Made by a program: the position numbers and the translations under genes. A stretch of 64,000 nt of DNA from the human T2T-CHM13v2.0 reference genome, Homo sapiens. Below, in pieces: positions 27,271 through 40,640 of the stretch. The notes beneath the pieces are model-generated. The model searched no databases. It had not been told where the DNA came from and saw nothing but the letters and a program-made list of their open reading frames with translations. Numbering within the stretch: the stretch's first letter is position 1; the number at the start of each line of letters is the position of its first letter. The stretch lies in the NCBI RefSeq assembly GCF_009914755.1, contig NC_060931.1, one strand, 5' to 3'.

Positions 27271-30200
27271 GTTGCAAAATTATTCTAATAGAGAAAAGTA
27301 GTAAAAGAATTGAGTCATCAAGTAACAGGCATACTAAATTCAAAAAACCTATACTAGATGGGTCAGTATTATATTTATGTTGCAAATAACAATTTACTTT
27401 CAGTAAAAGAGCAGCATCTTTCTCACTAAGTCTTGTTAATGTGAACTTATTTGGTTTTGTTAGATATTTTTGTATTTAATTTGTAAATTTACTTTGGGTT
27501 TGTGAATGTGTATCATCTACATACATAAGGAACTTCAACCTAGTTTTATGGTTATATTTATACAGTAACATTTGTCATCACTGGGAATTCATGAAAACTG
27601 GTTTCTTCAAAAGAGATTTATTTATAAATTACTGGGGTTTGAGAAAACACTATGCAACATTAGTACTTGAATGACTGGCCCAGTCTCCTTAAATTTTCTC
27701 TGAATCAGAATAGGGTCAGCTTGGAGCCTGAGCTAAAACAGCTCTTCAATAAAAATTACATGGCTCTGGGGTCATACATTGGAAGGCCAAAAAAAGAAAA
27801 ATGCAGTGGACAAATCCTAGTCTAGCTTTTGCCCTGGTGAGATTTTCTGATCCTAGTCAAACAAAAATGATATTTGACAATTTGTTACCATAGAATGATT
27901 GCTACTCAGCATGGAAAGTTTAACTTTTTCAACATGAACAAAATTAGATCTGTTCTTGCAGCCATCTCACATTGACTTCTTTCATGTTCATGTTTAAGAG
28001 TTTCATCCAACTCATTTCTGACAGCAAACCTAAGTGTGTTCTCCCATGTGACTTGGAATGTGATTATTTCAAAAATGCAAATAGTACCATAATCATCAAC
28101 AAGTTTTCAAATATTCTATTCAAATAGAGTATCAAATACTACCATCAAATACTCTTTTGCACTTAGGTTGTGGGAAACTGAAGCCTAAACAATTTAAGTA
28201 TGGTCATAAAATGTCACTGAATAGCATGTCAGCAACACCAAGCTCAATATTTTGGCAATCTAAAAACAGTATAGATTATGACACTGAAGAAACTGGGTGG
28301 GGGTCTAAATAAAACAAGACAGTCACAGTGACTAGAACAGTTGTATTTTGATTCCGATATTTCTATAGAGAAAGGCTGAATAAAAAGAAACCACCTAGGT
28401 TTATCTTATCAATATGGAATCTGGAATTTAGCAAAACTCAGGGAGGTTGCTTAAATTAAGTAAATAAACACATTAATTTCCTACTTTTTCATCTAACTTG
28501 GTGAGAGAAAACCCAAGCCCCAAACTTCAATAGTAACTGACAGAGATCCTTGCTCAGAACAGTACTTTTAATATCAAGAGGAACAAATAAACTTTAGGAT
28601 CTGCAGAATAGAAGCGACAGAGGCTGTCATCAGACCTAGCTCTTTTTCCAGAAAAAGAAAACAAAAGAGCTGTTTCTGGCAAACTGGTGCTGAATTATTT
28701 TGCTAAAACAAACAAACTCGATTAATTAGTTGATTAATAAGTCAATTTAATTACATTAAGATAAAAAATGAAAAAGAAACAAAACTTTTAAAGGACACCT
28801 GTCAGGAAATCCTTTCTTTTATCTAATTTCTCATGTGTGTTCATAATATCCCTATGTTTCCTGCTGATACTTTCACCCCAAAATGGAGGCAGGAAGGAGA
28901 TTGTGAATGTGTATGAATACCAGTGTGCCACTAATATTGATACACTTAATAGAGAGTTACATGGATGAGAAATCTGAAGAAAATGTGCTCACAACATGGC
29001 CACAATCTGGAGGGAGATGTCTAGGGAAGATTGCCTAGCTACTCATTTAGCTCCCCTCCGGATGGCATTAACCTTACTGAATTCCTCACAGCCTCAGCTC
29101 TCAGCCTGGAAAGCTCATAAACCTGTCTGTCAGTTCAGCAGGCAGTATCTCATTAGACCAGCTCACAAAGCCTGACGTATAAACGCAAACTCAAGTACGC
29201 TAATTTGCAAAGGAATGCATTTACTGCTACTCAATCTCACAGCCTACACCTTCTTTACCTATAGGAGCACTATATGAAAAGTTAAATTACGATCAAAAGG
29301 TTTCTTGGTAACCATAACCTTGGAGTGAGTATTGTCATTTTTCTGCTGTCTCTGCACCAAGGTCTCTTGTCTCGAGATACATTCAACTTTTGCCCCTGTG
29401 ATCTTTCTCTTTCTGAAATTTCAGGGCTAACCAAGCTCCCATACCTTCTGGCTGACACATTCTTTCTTTAGCTACTAAATACATTCAATCAGGTTACAGT
29501 TCAGTGTTACCCGCTGGGAAGCCATTGTTCCTATTTAGAGAAGATTTTCCTATTCAATGCTGTGATCCTTTTAAAACATTAATTCTCAACAGGCAATCTA
29601 AAGTCTTTCTGAGGAGGAAGGGAGCTCACCTTCACCCCCAAATATTCATAGCACATTGTAATCTTGAATTTTAAAAAATCCTCTTTCTTTAGCCTCCCTT
29701 ACATGTCTCCGAAGTGTCATTTGGATAGAATTCTGTTTTAAGCAAAACTACATTTAAAAAGGGAAGAGAAATAATTGGGAAGTGTTAGTTAGTACTTAGA
29801 AGTGGGATACCAGTTTACTTTAGCCATAGTCAGTCCTGAGACCAATAGGTCAAAAGCTCAAAAGTGTACACAAGGTGAAAGTAAAGACAGGGAAACCAAG
29901 AAGAGTCAGAAACTAGAAAACAGAAGTCATGATCCATAAATAGCGAAACCCAGAACATAGAGTCAATCAGAAAACTAGTGCAGGCAGGAAGGGAAAGAGT
30001 CAGAGCAGGATTACAGCTGCCCCTCTGGACGGTTCTAGGGGCACTTTTCAGGTCACCATCTATGTGAATGGTGCCTGCTGGAGTTTTGCCTGCACACGCA
30101 TAATGTTTACAGAGGCCCTGGAGAGAAGAATTAGATCAGAGGCCTAGATAGTCAGGAATAAATGAACTGAAGAAGAAGGGCAAAACAGGCAGGTCAGAAG

Positions 30201-30855
30201 ATGTGAAGTCATTGCACTAAGAGGACTTTAAACATTCACTTTGTCTTAGGGAGCTTTACCATAGTTCTGCCAAAGTGGGAAAGAAATTCCCTGAGTACGA
30301 TTGGTCTATGACAGCAAATTGAAGCAGGCTACATACACTGCTATAATGAGGAGAGGTTGGGTGAGGAAGATAGCAAATCCCAAAAGGAAGAGGTGTTTAC
30401 TGTTAGGATTTCATTCCAAGGTTCACCCTTAATCTAGAGTGATGTTTCCAAACATATATTCTGATCCAGCCTGATATACTATTGAAAACAGCTTCTGTGG
30501 CCAAGAAATGTTTCAGCAATGAATACAATGTATTCCCCAGAGGGAATTTACAATTCCCAATCATTTACTATTGTTCATACATAAATGGCGAATGTAGTTT
30601 ATTTGAATATGGGATACCTTTTTGGTAACATTAATATTCCATGGAATACAGTTTAGGAATAGGAACTTACTATCATGTGAGATAACTACTTAATTCTTCC
30701 TCATAGAGTTGATAGTACATTTAGGTTTACAAATATACTGTATTCATAACCAGACAAGATGAAAGAAAAGGAGATCGGGGAAATGCATCAGTAAGGAAAT
30801 GGTTTGGACTGGTAACTGAGTTTCAGCTACAATGGCTTGATCCCATTAGGATCTC

Positions 30856-30911
30856 AATCTCTCTCTCTCTGTGTCTCTCTCTTTCTCCTGCACACACACA
30901 CAGGCACACAC
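30856..30911. repeat. (TC)n/(CA)n compound microsatellite
   Basis: Seen directly. Confidence 0.75.
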
Positions 30912-31124
30912 TAAGGAATTCACTAAGCTTAATGCCATCATGAGGGGAGCTAAATAAATAGCTAGGCACTCTTGCCTAGTCATCTCCCTCCAGATTGTGG
31001 CCATATTGTGAGCACATGCATTCTGGAGGTATGCAGTTCAGGGATGCTATGTGATGCTACCTACAATGCTATGAGGAACTTAAACTTTGTCTTTCTTTCA
31101 CCACTCATCTTGTGGCTGCCATCC

Positions 31125-31525
31125 TGTGATGGTGAATTTTATAATGTGTCAACTTGACTAGGCCATGGGGTTCCCAGATTAAACATTATTTCTGGGTGCC
31201 TCTGTGAAGGTGTTTTGGGGTGAGATTAGCATTTGAACCAGTGGACTTAGTAAAGTAGATTGCCCTCCCCAATGTGAGCAGGAATCATCTAGTCTATTAT
31301 GGGTCTGAATAGAACTAAGATTTATGCCATCTGCTCTCCTGGTTCTCAGGCCTTTGGTCTCAGATTGTGTTATACCACTGGCTTTCCTGGATCTCTAGCT
31401 TGAGAACAGCAGATTGTGGGACTTCTCAGCTTCCATAATAGCATGAGTTAATTCCTCATTATAAATAATAAATAAATAAATAATTATCTCCTATTGATTC
31501 TCTTTCTCTGAAGAATCCTAATACA
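31125..31525 (+). mobile_element. MLT2 (MLT2D-like) solo LTR
   Basis: TGTGATGG...TAATACA ends; 5-bp TSD CATCC at 31120-31124 and 31526-31530. Confidence 0.9.
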
Positions 31526-31614
31526 CATCCTCAAAGTTACATGACAATTGCCAGGAAGAAAAGCAAGACAAGGAACAAAAACTTATCCTCCAAGCCGTCA
31601 GATAATCACTTATC

Positions 31615-33290
31615 ATTTTTTTAAATTGCGTTAAAATCCACATAACTGAACTGTAGAAATCTTACATGTACAATTCAATGGGTATACTGTGTAACCAACA
31701 CCCCGATTAAGAGATAAAATATTTTCACAATGGCAGCAAATTACTGTCTCTTTCCACTCAATTCCAATCTTTATCGACAGCCACTGTTCTATCTATTACT
31801 ACAGTTTAGTTTTGCCTGTTCTTGACCTTCATATAAATGGATTCATGCAGGGTGTTCTTGTCTGCATCTGGATTCTTTCATTTAACATAATGATGTTGAA
31901 ACTTATCCATGTGATAGCTTATGTCATTTGTTCTTTCTTTTATCTTTAAAATAAAAATTTCCTGGCAACCAAAGCGGAAATGGACAAATGGGATCACATC
32001 AAGTTAAAAAGCTTCTGCATATTGCAAAGGAAACAATCCAGAAGTGAAGAGACAGCCCACAGAATGAAAGAAAATATTTGCGAACTATCCATCTGACAAG
32101 GGATTAATAATCAGAATATAAAAGGAGCTCAAACAACTCTATAGGAAAAACTCTAATAATCTGATCAAAAAATGGACAAAATATTTGAATAGACATTTCT
32201 CAAAAGAAGACATACAAATGGCAAACAGGCATATGAAAAGGTGTGCCACATCGTCAATGCAAATGCAAATAAATCTACAATGAGATATCATATTATCTCA
32301 GTTAAAGTGGCTTATATCCAAAAGATAGTCAATAACAAATGCTGGTGAGAATGTGGAGAAAAGGAAACCCTGGTACACTGTTTGTGGGAATGTAAATTAG
32401 TATAACCACTATGGAGAACAGTTTGGAGGTTCCTCAAAAACTAAAAATAGAACTGCGGTGTGATCCAGCAATCCCACTGCTAGGTATATGCCCAAAAGAA
32501 AGGAAATCAGTATATGCAAGAGATATCTGCACTTTCATGTTTGTTGCAGCAGTATTCACAGTAGCCAAGATTTGGAAGTAACATACATGTCCATCAATAG
32601 ATGACTAGATAAAGAAAATGTGGTACTTACACAAAATGCGGTACTATTCAGCCATAAAAAAGAATGAGATTCTGTCATTTGCAAAAACACAGATGGAACT
32701 GGAGGTTATTATGTTAAGTAAAATAAGTCAGGCACATGTTCTCACTTATTTGTGGGACCTAAAAATCAAAACAATTGAACTCATGGACATGAGAGTAGAA
32801 GGATGGTTACCAAAGGCTAGGGAAGGTAGTGAGAAGGAGGGGGGAAATGGGGGTGGTTAATGAGTACAAAAATATAGTTAGAAAAATTGAATAAGACCTA
32901 GTATTTGATAGCACAACAGGGGGACTATAGTCAATAATAACTGAATTGTACATTTTAAAGTGACTAAAAGAGTATGTAATTGGATTGTTTATAACACAAA
33001 GGATAAATGTTTGAGGGGATAGATACCCAAATTTCCATGATGTGATTATTACACATTGCACGTCTGTACAAAACTATCTCATGTACCTCATAAATATATA
33101 TACCCACTATGTACCTACAAAAATTAAAAATGAAAAAATTTTAATTTTCTAAGCAGTATTTCATTGCATGAATATACCACAATTTTTATGCATCCTTCTG
33201 TTGAAGACATTTGTGTTTTCAGCTTTGAGCTTCTATGGATAAAGCTACATAACTATTCTTATCCAAGTCTCTTTATGAAGATATATCTAA
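31615..33290 (-). mobile_element. Old L1ME/MC 3' fragment, split by a younger L1MA insertion
   Basis: Antisense motifs ttagttttgcctgttcttgaccttcatataaatgg before the insertion and atttcattgcatgaatataccacaatt after it. Confidence 0.65.
31965..33140 (+). mobile_element. 5'-truncated L1MA (ORF2 C-terminus, 3' UTR, A tail)
   Basis: atggacaaatgggatcacatcaagttaaaaagcttctgc...ctatgtacctacaaaaattaaaaa. Confidence 0.9.
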
Positions 33291-33299
33291 AGTTCTGTC

Positions 33300-34745
33300 C
33301 ACTGAGAGGACCTCAGAATAGCCACATTCCAATAGTAACGGCCACACCTACTGTCCACTTCTTTATTGGCAAATACCATTCTCTACTAAAAGAAAACCAG
33401 GCCTTCTTGGAATAATGACTGACTTAATGTGTGGGGCAGAGAAAGTACAAAACAAGCCTGGAACAAGAAGTTTGTTTGTTTACTTATTTATTTTACAAAC
33501 AACAATTTATAGAATTTTATTTCATAATCCACCAAAACCCATAACAAAATAACTAACTAAATAAATAAATAATTCTATAGAGAACGGGATATTTGCATAG
33601 TACCAAAAATTTCACTCATAAAAGTTATTATTTATAGTGAGAAAACAAAGTGAAGGAAACTGGCAGAGATATCTGCACTTCCATGTTTGTTGCAGCAGTA
33701 TCATGAACATCACTAAAAACGGGTGTGATAGGCAGAATAATGCCCACCTCTGATGTCACATCCTAATTCCCAGAACTTGTAAAGATGTTACTTTATATGG
33801 CAAAAAGAACTTTGCAGATGTGATAAATTAAGGATTTTGAGATGAAGAGACTATCCTGGATTACCAGGGCTGGGTCAATGTAATCACAAGGATCCTTGAA
33901 AGTAGATAAGGAAGGCAGAAGGAGTCAGACAAGGAGATGTAATGGACACAGAGTTTGAAGTGATGTGATTGTTGATTTTGAAGACGGAAGGGGGCCGTGA
34001 GTCGAGGAATTCAGGTAGCTTATAGAAGCTAAAAAAAAAAAAAAGGAAGGAAACAGATTCTGCCCTGGAGCCTCTAGAAAGGATACACCTATACTGATAC
34101 TTTCATTTTAACCCTGTGAACTCGTTTCAGGTTTCTGATATCCAGAAGTGGAAAATAATAAGTTCGTGTTATTTAGTCCACTAAATTCGGGTTAACTTAT
34201 TACAGTAGCAATAAGACATTTTTTAAAAGACAGCATAAATCAAAATCTTGTGCCACCTGATGGGATACAATGCATTAAATAAGGCATTTTTTTCTGTTAT
34301 TTCTGACAAAGCCAGAGAACATAAATTTTGTCATGAGGACACATTAGACAATTTCAAATGGGGGGATATTTTACAAAATAACCGGTCTGTAATTTTTGTT
34401 AAGTGTCAAGTTCATAAAAGTCAAGGAGAGGCTCTTCCATATTGAAGGAAACTAAAGAGACATGACAACTAAATACAACACATGATTCTGACCTGGATTC
34501 TCTTTCTATAAAAGATATATTGGGACATCTGGTGAAATTTGAATGATATCTGAAGATCAGATGGTAGTAATGTGTTGATTACAGGTATCTAAGAAAATGT
34601 CACTGTAGGAAATAACACTTTATTCATGGATGATGGTGCATCATATCAGCAACATATTCTCAAATGGGCTTAGAAAAATGTTCATTATACTGTACTTGCA
34701 ACTTTTCTATAAATTTGATATTGGTACTATTTGAATAAAAAATAA
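33300..34745 (+). mobile_element. L1MC 3' fragments, interrupted by MLT1D
   Basis: ggaaactaaagagacatgacaactaaat...gtacttgcaacttttctataaatttga. Confidence 0.65.
33724..34218 (+). mobile_element. MLT1D LTR
   Basis: tgtgataggcagaataat...ggcaaaaagaactttgcagatgtg...ggaaacagattctgccctggagcct. Confidence 0.85.
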
Positions 34746-36420
34746 ATCAAAACTGGGTGGTGGGGGGGACCAAACTCAAGTCTTCAGAACTCTGTGTATA
34801 AGTAAACTTTCAAGTGTGAATTAACTAGTTAGTCCAAGGGAAGGTAACTGGTAAATGACAAAAAGTAACATTAAATAACAGATGCAAACTTCTGGATCAG
34901 ATTTATAAAGACTTTTCCCTGCAGGAGACAATTCTATTACATTATTTTGGGTCATTTTAAATTGTCCAGTTTTTCATTTCAAAGATTTCAAATGTTTCTG
35001 CCTTCAAAATTGAGTTTAAATCTAGTTTCTGATTCTATTTTCATTGTGTTGTTCAAAGCAGGCACACATAGAGATCTTTGCTCTCTTTGGGTTTAGGACA
35101 TCCAAATTCAGTTCTCTAGTGCTGGGGGTGGGGGCAGATGCTAGGGGAATGAGAAATGGGAAGTTAGGGAGGATACTGTTTTTCTCCAATTTAACTCTGT
35201 GCGCTTGCCAGCATTCTTCCCTTTTTCCATCTTCTATCATTCTTCCCAGAAGAAAACCCCACATCAGAGATGGGTACCAAAATATTTGGGGAAAGGAAAC
35301 AGTATTGTGGGAGAAAGAGAGAACCATTACATTTCCTTCACCTCAACCTAAGAAAGTATCACAATATGGCCCATATATCATTCTATACTTTTTTCACACA
35401 TTGTAAAAAGTAATTCACATTATGACTTTTCCACTTGATTAAAGTGCCAGTGTTTCCACTGTATTCTCTGAATGCATTCTGCAAGATCTTCAATCTAATT
35501 TAATATCATTCCATTTTTGTCAACAGCTCATCTAAGTGCTGACAGCTCAAATAAGCAGCATATGCTCTTCATTCATTCTGTTCTCAATTATTTGAGCAAT
35601 TATTAGTTACAAATTTGCCATTTGTTAGAAGTTATTTTTATTCCTTTATTTAACTATCAAATCCCTAGTCTGTGGCTTACACTGAGATAGTGTAACTTCT
35701 TATAAGTACATTTTGCTCCAAGGAGCTCAATACCATCTCTCTCCCTCCCTCTTCCATAGTCCTCTACCTTGGCCTAACACTCACTAGCTCCTGTTGCATT
35801 CTATTGCATCTCTAACCAGTTGTGAAACTCCTTGCACTCTCAAACACTTTTCCAAAAGTGTTCTTTCAGTTAAAATAACATTATCAAAATCTATCTTCCC
35901 CCGATTATATCTTTAGCTTTGAAACTTGCTATAATGTGTTAATTATTATTTTCTCCAATTCACATAAAAAGAGGAATAAACTTTTCCCTGCTTCCCAATG
36001 CCCTTTAGTTGGCCTCATGCCATTTCCTCTTTTTCCCATCCATGCCTTAGGCCATCTGCTCCTTATACATGTATGGCCTGGCTCTCTAGGCCACATGGTC
36101 TATATGCTAACTAGATCTATATGATCCAGGCTAAATAAAGGCCTATGATTATGATACAATGTCATGACAACTCTGAAAATGCCCAAATTATATTAGTGTG
36201 GTATACCACTGCTACCTTGATTACTGGATTTCATTTTCCCTTTGTAAAGTATTCCAACAGTTATTTTATACATGCCTACCATTTACCCTGCCTGTACAGT
36301 TATTGCACTGTCTTCCATATTCTTCCATTTGTCCTTCTCTAGTTCTCGCCAGGTGATATAGACTGCCCTTGAAGTTGCCCGAAGTGACACTATTTTTCAG
36401 TTTCTACCTATGAAGTTCCT

Positions 36421-37539
36421 TTTTTTGCTAATTCATTTTACTTTATTTTTCCAACCTTGTCCCCACCCCAAGTAGTCCCCAGGGTCTATAGTTGCCATCT
36501 TTATGTCCATGAGTACCCAACATTTAGCTCTCACTTATAAGTGAGAACGTACAGCATTTGGTTTTCTGTTCCTATGTAATTCACTTAGGGTAATGGCCTC
36601 CAGCTGCATCCATGTTGCTGCAAAGGACATGATTTCATTCTTTTTTTATGGCTGCATACTATTTCATAGTTTATATACTCCTTATTCTCTTTATCTGATC
36701 CACGAATAATGGGCACCCAGGTTGATTCCATGTCTTTACTATTATGAATAGTGCTGCAATATACAAATGAGTGGATGTGTCTTTTTCATAGAATAATTTA
36801 TTTTCTTTTGGATATATATCCAGTAATGGGATTGCTGGGTTAAATATTAGTTCTGTTTTAAACTCTTGGAGAAATCTCCAAACTGCTTTCCACAGTGGCT
36901 GAACTAATTTACATTACCACCAACAGTGTATAAGTGTTCTGTTTTTTCCGCAGCCTTGCCAGCATCTGTTGTTTTTTGACTTTTTAATAACAGCCATTCT
37001 GGGATAGCTGGCAAGCCACATGCAGAAGAATAAAACTGGAGCTCTACCTTTCACCATACACTAAAATTAACTCAAGATGGATTAAAGATTTAAATGTAAC
37101 ACCTCAAACTATAAGAATCCTAAAAGAAAACCTAGGAAACAACATTCTGGACATTGGCCTTGGGAAAGAATTTATGACTAAGTCCCCAAAAACAATTGCA
37201 ACAAAAACAAAAATTAACCAGTTAGACCTAACTAAAGAGCTTTACACAGCAAAAGAAATTATTAACAAAGTAAAAAGACAAGCTACAGAATGGGAAAAAA
37301 TATCTGCAAATTATGCATCCAGCAAAGATCAACTATCCAGAATATATAAGGCCCTTAAACAATTCAACAAACAAAAACCAAATAATCCCATTAAGAACTG
37401 GGCAAAAGACATGAATAGGCACTTTTCAAAAGAAGGCATATAAGCAGCTAATGAACATGAAACAATGCTCAACATCATTAATCATCAAATAAATGCAACT
37501 CAAATGAGATACCATCTCACACTCATCAGAATGCCTATT
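36421..37539 (-). mobile_element. 5'-inverted (twin-primed) L1PA15/16-like element
   Basis: Antisense 3' part 36421-37000 joined to a sense ORF2 piece 37001-37539; degenerate TSD TGAAGTTCCT / TGAAATTTCT. Confidence 0.85.
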
Positions 37540-38504
37540 TGAAATTTCTAGGAGAAAAATTGTGGGGCTTAAGAGATGTGGTCAGTGAACCCTTCATTAC
37601 ATTTGTAACCTACTAAATTCCAACACTGTCCTAACTTCAATTATTATTTTACCCTCAGGTTTAGATTATTCTCTCTAACTTTGGACACTATTATCTTTTG
37701 ACTTCAACATCTATCCTAATTCATTTAATATTATGAACTCACATCTTAACCACCAAAACTATACTCAGCTTCTATCAACCAACACAGCCATATCATAAAA
37801 ACTTCCTTCTAGAGTATACTTTCTCCGTTGCTAAAATCTCAAATTCTGAGTTTCAGCTCACTGCCCCTTCTCTTCAACTGTATTCCATCCTCATGCTCTG
37901 CTCCCCAAGGGACTTTATGTTCAAGTAGAACAATTAATTACAGATAAAAAGATCCCAAGTTTGAAACCAAATTATTTTTCTCTTGCCTAATGTTTTTATT
38001 AAACTGAGATCTTCAAGGGCAGAAACCATACATTTTATTATTCATCGTTATATCTACCCTTCATTCTTTGACAAATGATTAGCACATATAGAAACTCATA
38101 AATGTTTGATGAGTGAATGGTCACTCCTGAATTATTAAATATTGAACATTATTGTCAGGCTGGCAGATATCTTTCATAATGAGTAGAACCGGGAGAGGTG
38201 GAGGCAAAGGAGGGACAATAACCAAATTCTTTCTCAAAAATGTTCCCTCTTTGCCCTTCCTCCATGAGATTTATTTATATTATTAAACAAATCTAGAGCC
38301 ATAGTACCTGAATACCGTATGTGTAAACTATTGCATGATCAGTATTAATCAAAGAAGGAATTCAGAGTAGAGAAAAGGATTAGTTGGCAGAAATAAAATG
38401 AGGTAAGTCAGTAAATTCAAGAGAAAGGATACATGTCAGTGAGATCCTGGGGAGAAAAAGACAAAACAATGTTGAAAGTAGAATAGTGTAGGATTTTTTT
38501 TTTT

Positions 38505-39365
38505 TGCAACCATGGTAATATATTACAAAGCTGGAAAAAATTGAGCAAAAAAACAAAATAAACTTGTATTATATTATAACACAATGTATATGATAAACAT
38601 CTATGAACTTATGCTGATATAAATGATTGAATATATTAATAAATGGGAAAGAATAACTAAATCTCCCATGTAGAATAATTCCTAATAATTTATGTAGATA
38701 CTCTACCCTAAAGATGGAGGGTGTAAAATAACTCTCTAATCCTTAAGTGTGGGCTAAGAATAGAGACTTCCTTCCAAAAAGTACACAAAATGAGTGCAAA
38801 TGTGTAACTTTACAGTAGAGAACAAAATTTCCTTGGCAGGTGATCAAGATTCACATTAAATGTGGGAAGTCATGTGGATAGTGTGTACCTTTGATATAAT
38901 GCAATGAAAATGGCAATTTAGCTCTGTGGTCTTCCTCCCAAAAACCTATAATCTAAGTCTAATCATAAGAAAAACATCAGACAAATTCCAGTCAAGGTGC
39001 ATCCTACAAAATATCCGACCAGTACTCCTCAAAACAGTCAAGGTCACCAAAAACAAAGTCTAAAAGACTGTCACAGCCTAGAAGAGCTAAGTAGATGTGA
39101 CAATTAAATGTAATATGTCATCCTGATGATATCCTAGAACAAAAAATGAACATTAGATGAAAACTAAAGAAATATGAATAAAGTATAGACTTCAGTTAAT
39201 AATACTGTATCAATATTGGTTCATTAATTGCAACAAATATACCATACTAATGTAAGATGTTAATAATAAGGAATACCTCACATGGGGGATATAGGGACTC
39301 TTTGCACTATCTTCTCCATTTTTCTGTAACTCTAAAACTGTTCTGTAAATCAAGTCTGTTTTTTT
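38505..39365 (+). mobile_element. L1MC/MD 3' end
   Basis: ccagtactcctcaaaacagtcaaggtca...gtatcaatattggttcattaattg...ctgtaactctaaaactgttct. Confidence 0.8.
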
Positions 39366-39479
39366 AAAGACCTTTTTTGGTTCCATCTAAGGTTGATCTC
39401 TAAGTTTGTGCCCTTCCTTCCTCACTGCATACCAATTAAAAGTCCAAATTTCTTAGCTTAGTATCCAAGGACCTAGAAT

Positions 39480-39942
39480 ATTGCAAAATATTGTCCCTTG
39501 ACAATTTGCAGCTCTCCTTATCAAGCAGTGAAGGCTTTTCTTTCAACTTTTGTATGTGGTCTTGGTCAACGACTTGCTAGTGTAAAACAACTAGTGGCTT
39601 GGAAAGTGCTTGAACATTGAGTTATGCATTCTTACACTCTTGGAACATTGCTGCTATATGAACAAGCCCAAGCTAGACAACTGAAATGATGACATGGAGG
39701 GAAACTAAGGCATACTAGCCATCAACCTGTCAGCTAGACATGTTAATGAGGTCATCCAATCCCAGTTGATCCTCTAGCTGACTCCAATGCATGGGTAAAC
39801 CCAGGTAAAACAGCACAAGAACTGACCAACTGCTGAGAGCCCCAACTGCCCACCATTTGGTAATGAACTAATAATTGTTTTAATACACTAAAAGTTGAGG
39901 TGTTTTGTCACACAGCAAAGCAGCAAAGGTTAACTAATATAC
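39480..39942 (+). mobile_element. MLT1G/H-like LTR
   Basis: tgaacaagcccaagctag...ccagttgatcctctagctgac...ttgttttaa...taactaatata. Confidence 0.6.
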
Positions 39943-40259
39943 CTCTCCATTACTTTATCCCACCCAAGTCACATTTCCAATGTTGTTTTCCAGAATTCTC
40001 CTATGTCCCACCCAAACTGCATGATGTTTTTATTCCATAGAAATGCTTTGCACTTTCTGGAATATTTAGTTATAAAACTTCCCTCTGCCTGAAGTGCCTT
40101 TATTCTCAAATCTTTACTAAAGGAAATGTCACTCATCTTCCCCTTCTACAGAAAGTTATATATAAATATAAGGAAGAGGAGAAAACTTGGTTAACTAGAT
40201 TTCCTCTTAGAAAGAGCATTGTATTCTTAAGAAATGCCGGGTGAGAGGCTGAAGAAAAT

Positions 40260-40640
40260 GGTATTGATTAGGATGTAGACTCAGCTGCAGAAACAGAGAC
40301 CCAAACTATAAATTGATTAAACAGAATAGGAGTTTACTTCTCTCTTGTGTAACAGGATGTAGTCAACCAAAGATAGGCATGAGGATTTGACAGTGTCAAT
40401 CTATCTTGTTGCTCCACTATTCCTGTTGGCCTTATCTACACAGTTCCAGATGATTCATTACCACCACATGCCAGGCAGAAGGAAAGGGTCAAGGTGAAAA
40501 GGAGGGCGTGCTCATTCCTTTAGGGAAAAAGACAGACATTGTACTTCAGTTCTGCTTGCATCACACTGGCCATGGTCATATAATTATACCTGGTTGCACA
40601 GAAGGCTGGGGAATATATTGTTATCTTGGCACTCAAATAT
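40260..40640 (-). mobile_element. Old MLT1 (J-like) LTR
   Basis: ttaaacagaataggagtttacttctctc...acttcagttctgcttgcatcacactggcca...gaaggctgggga. Confidence 0.55.

Noticed and set aside
32618-37443. 80-aa and 89-aa ORFs resembling L1 ORF2p
   Set aside because: Short remnants of truncated L1 copies with no intact EN or RT domain.
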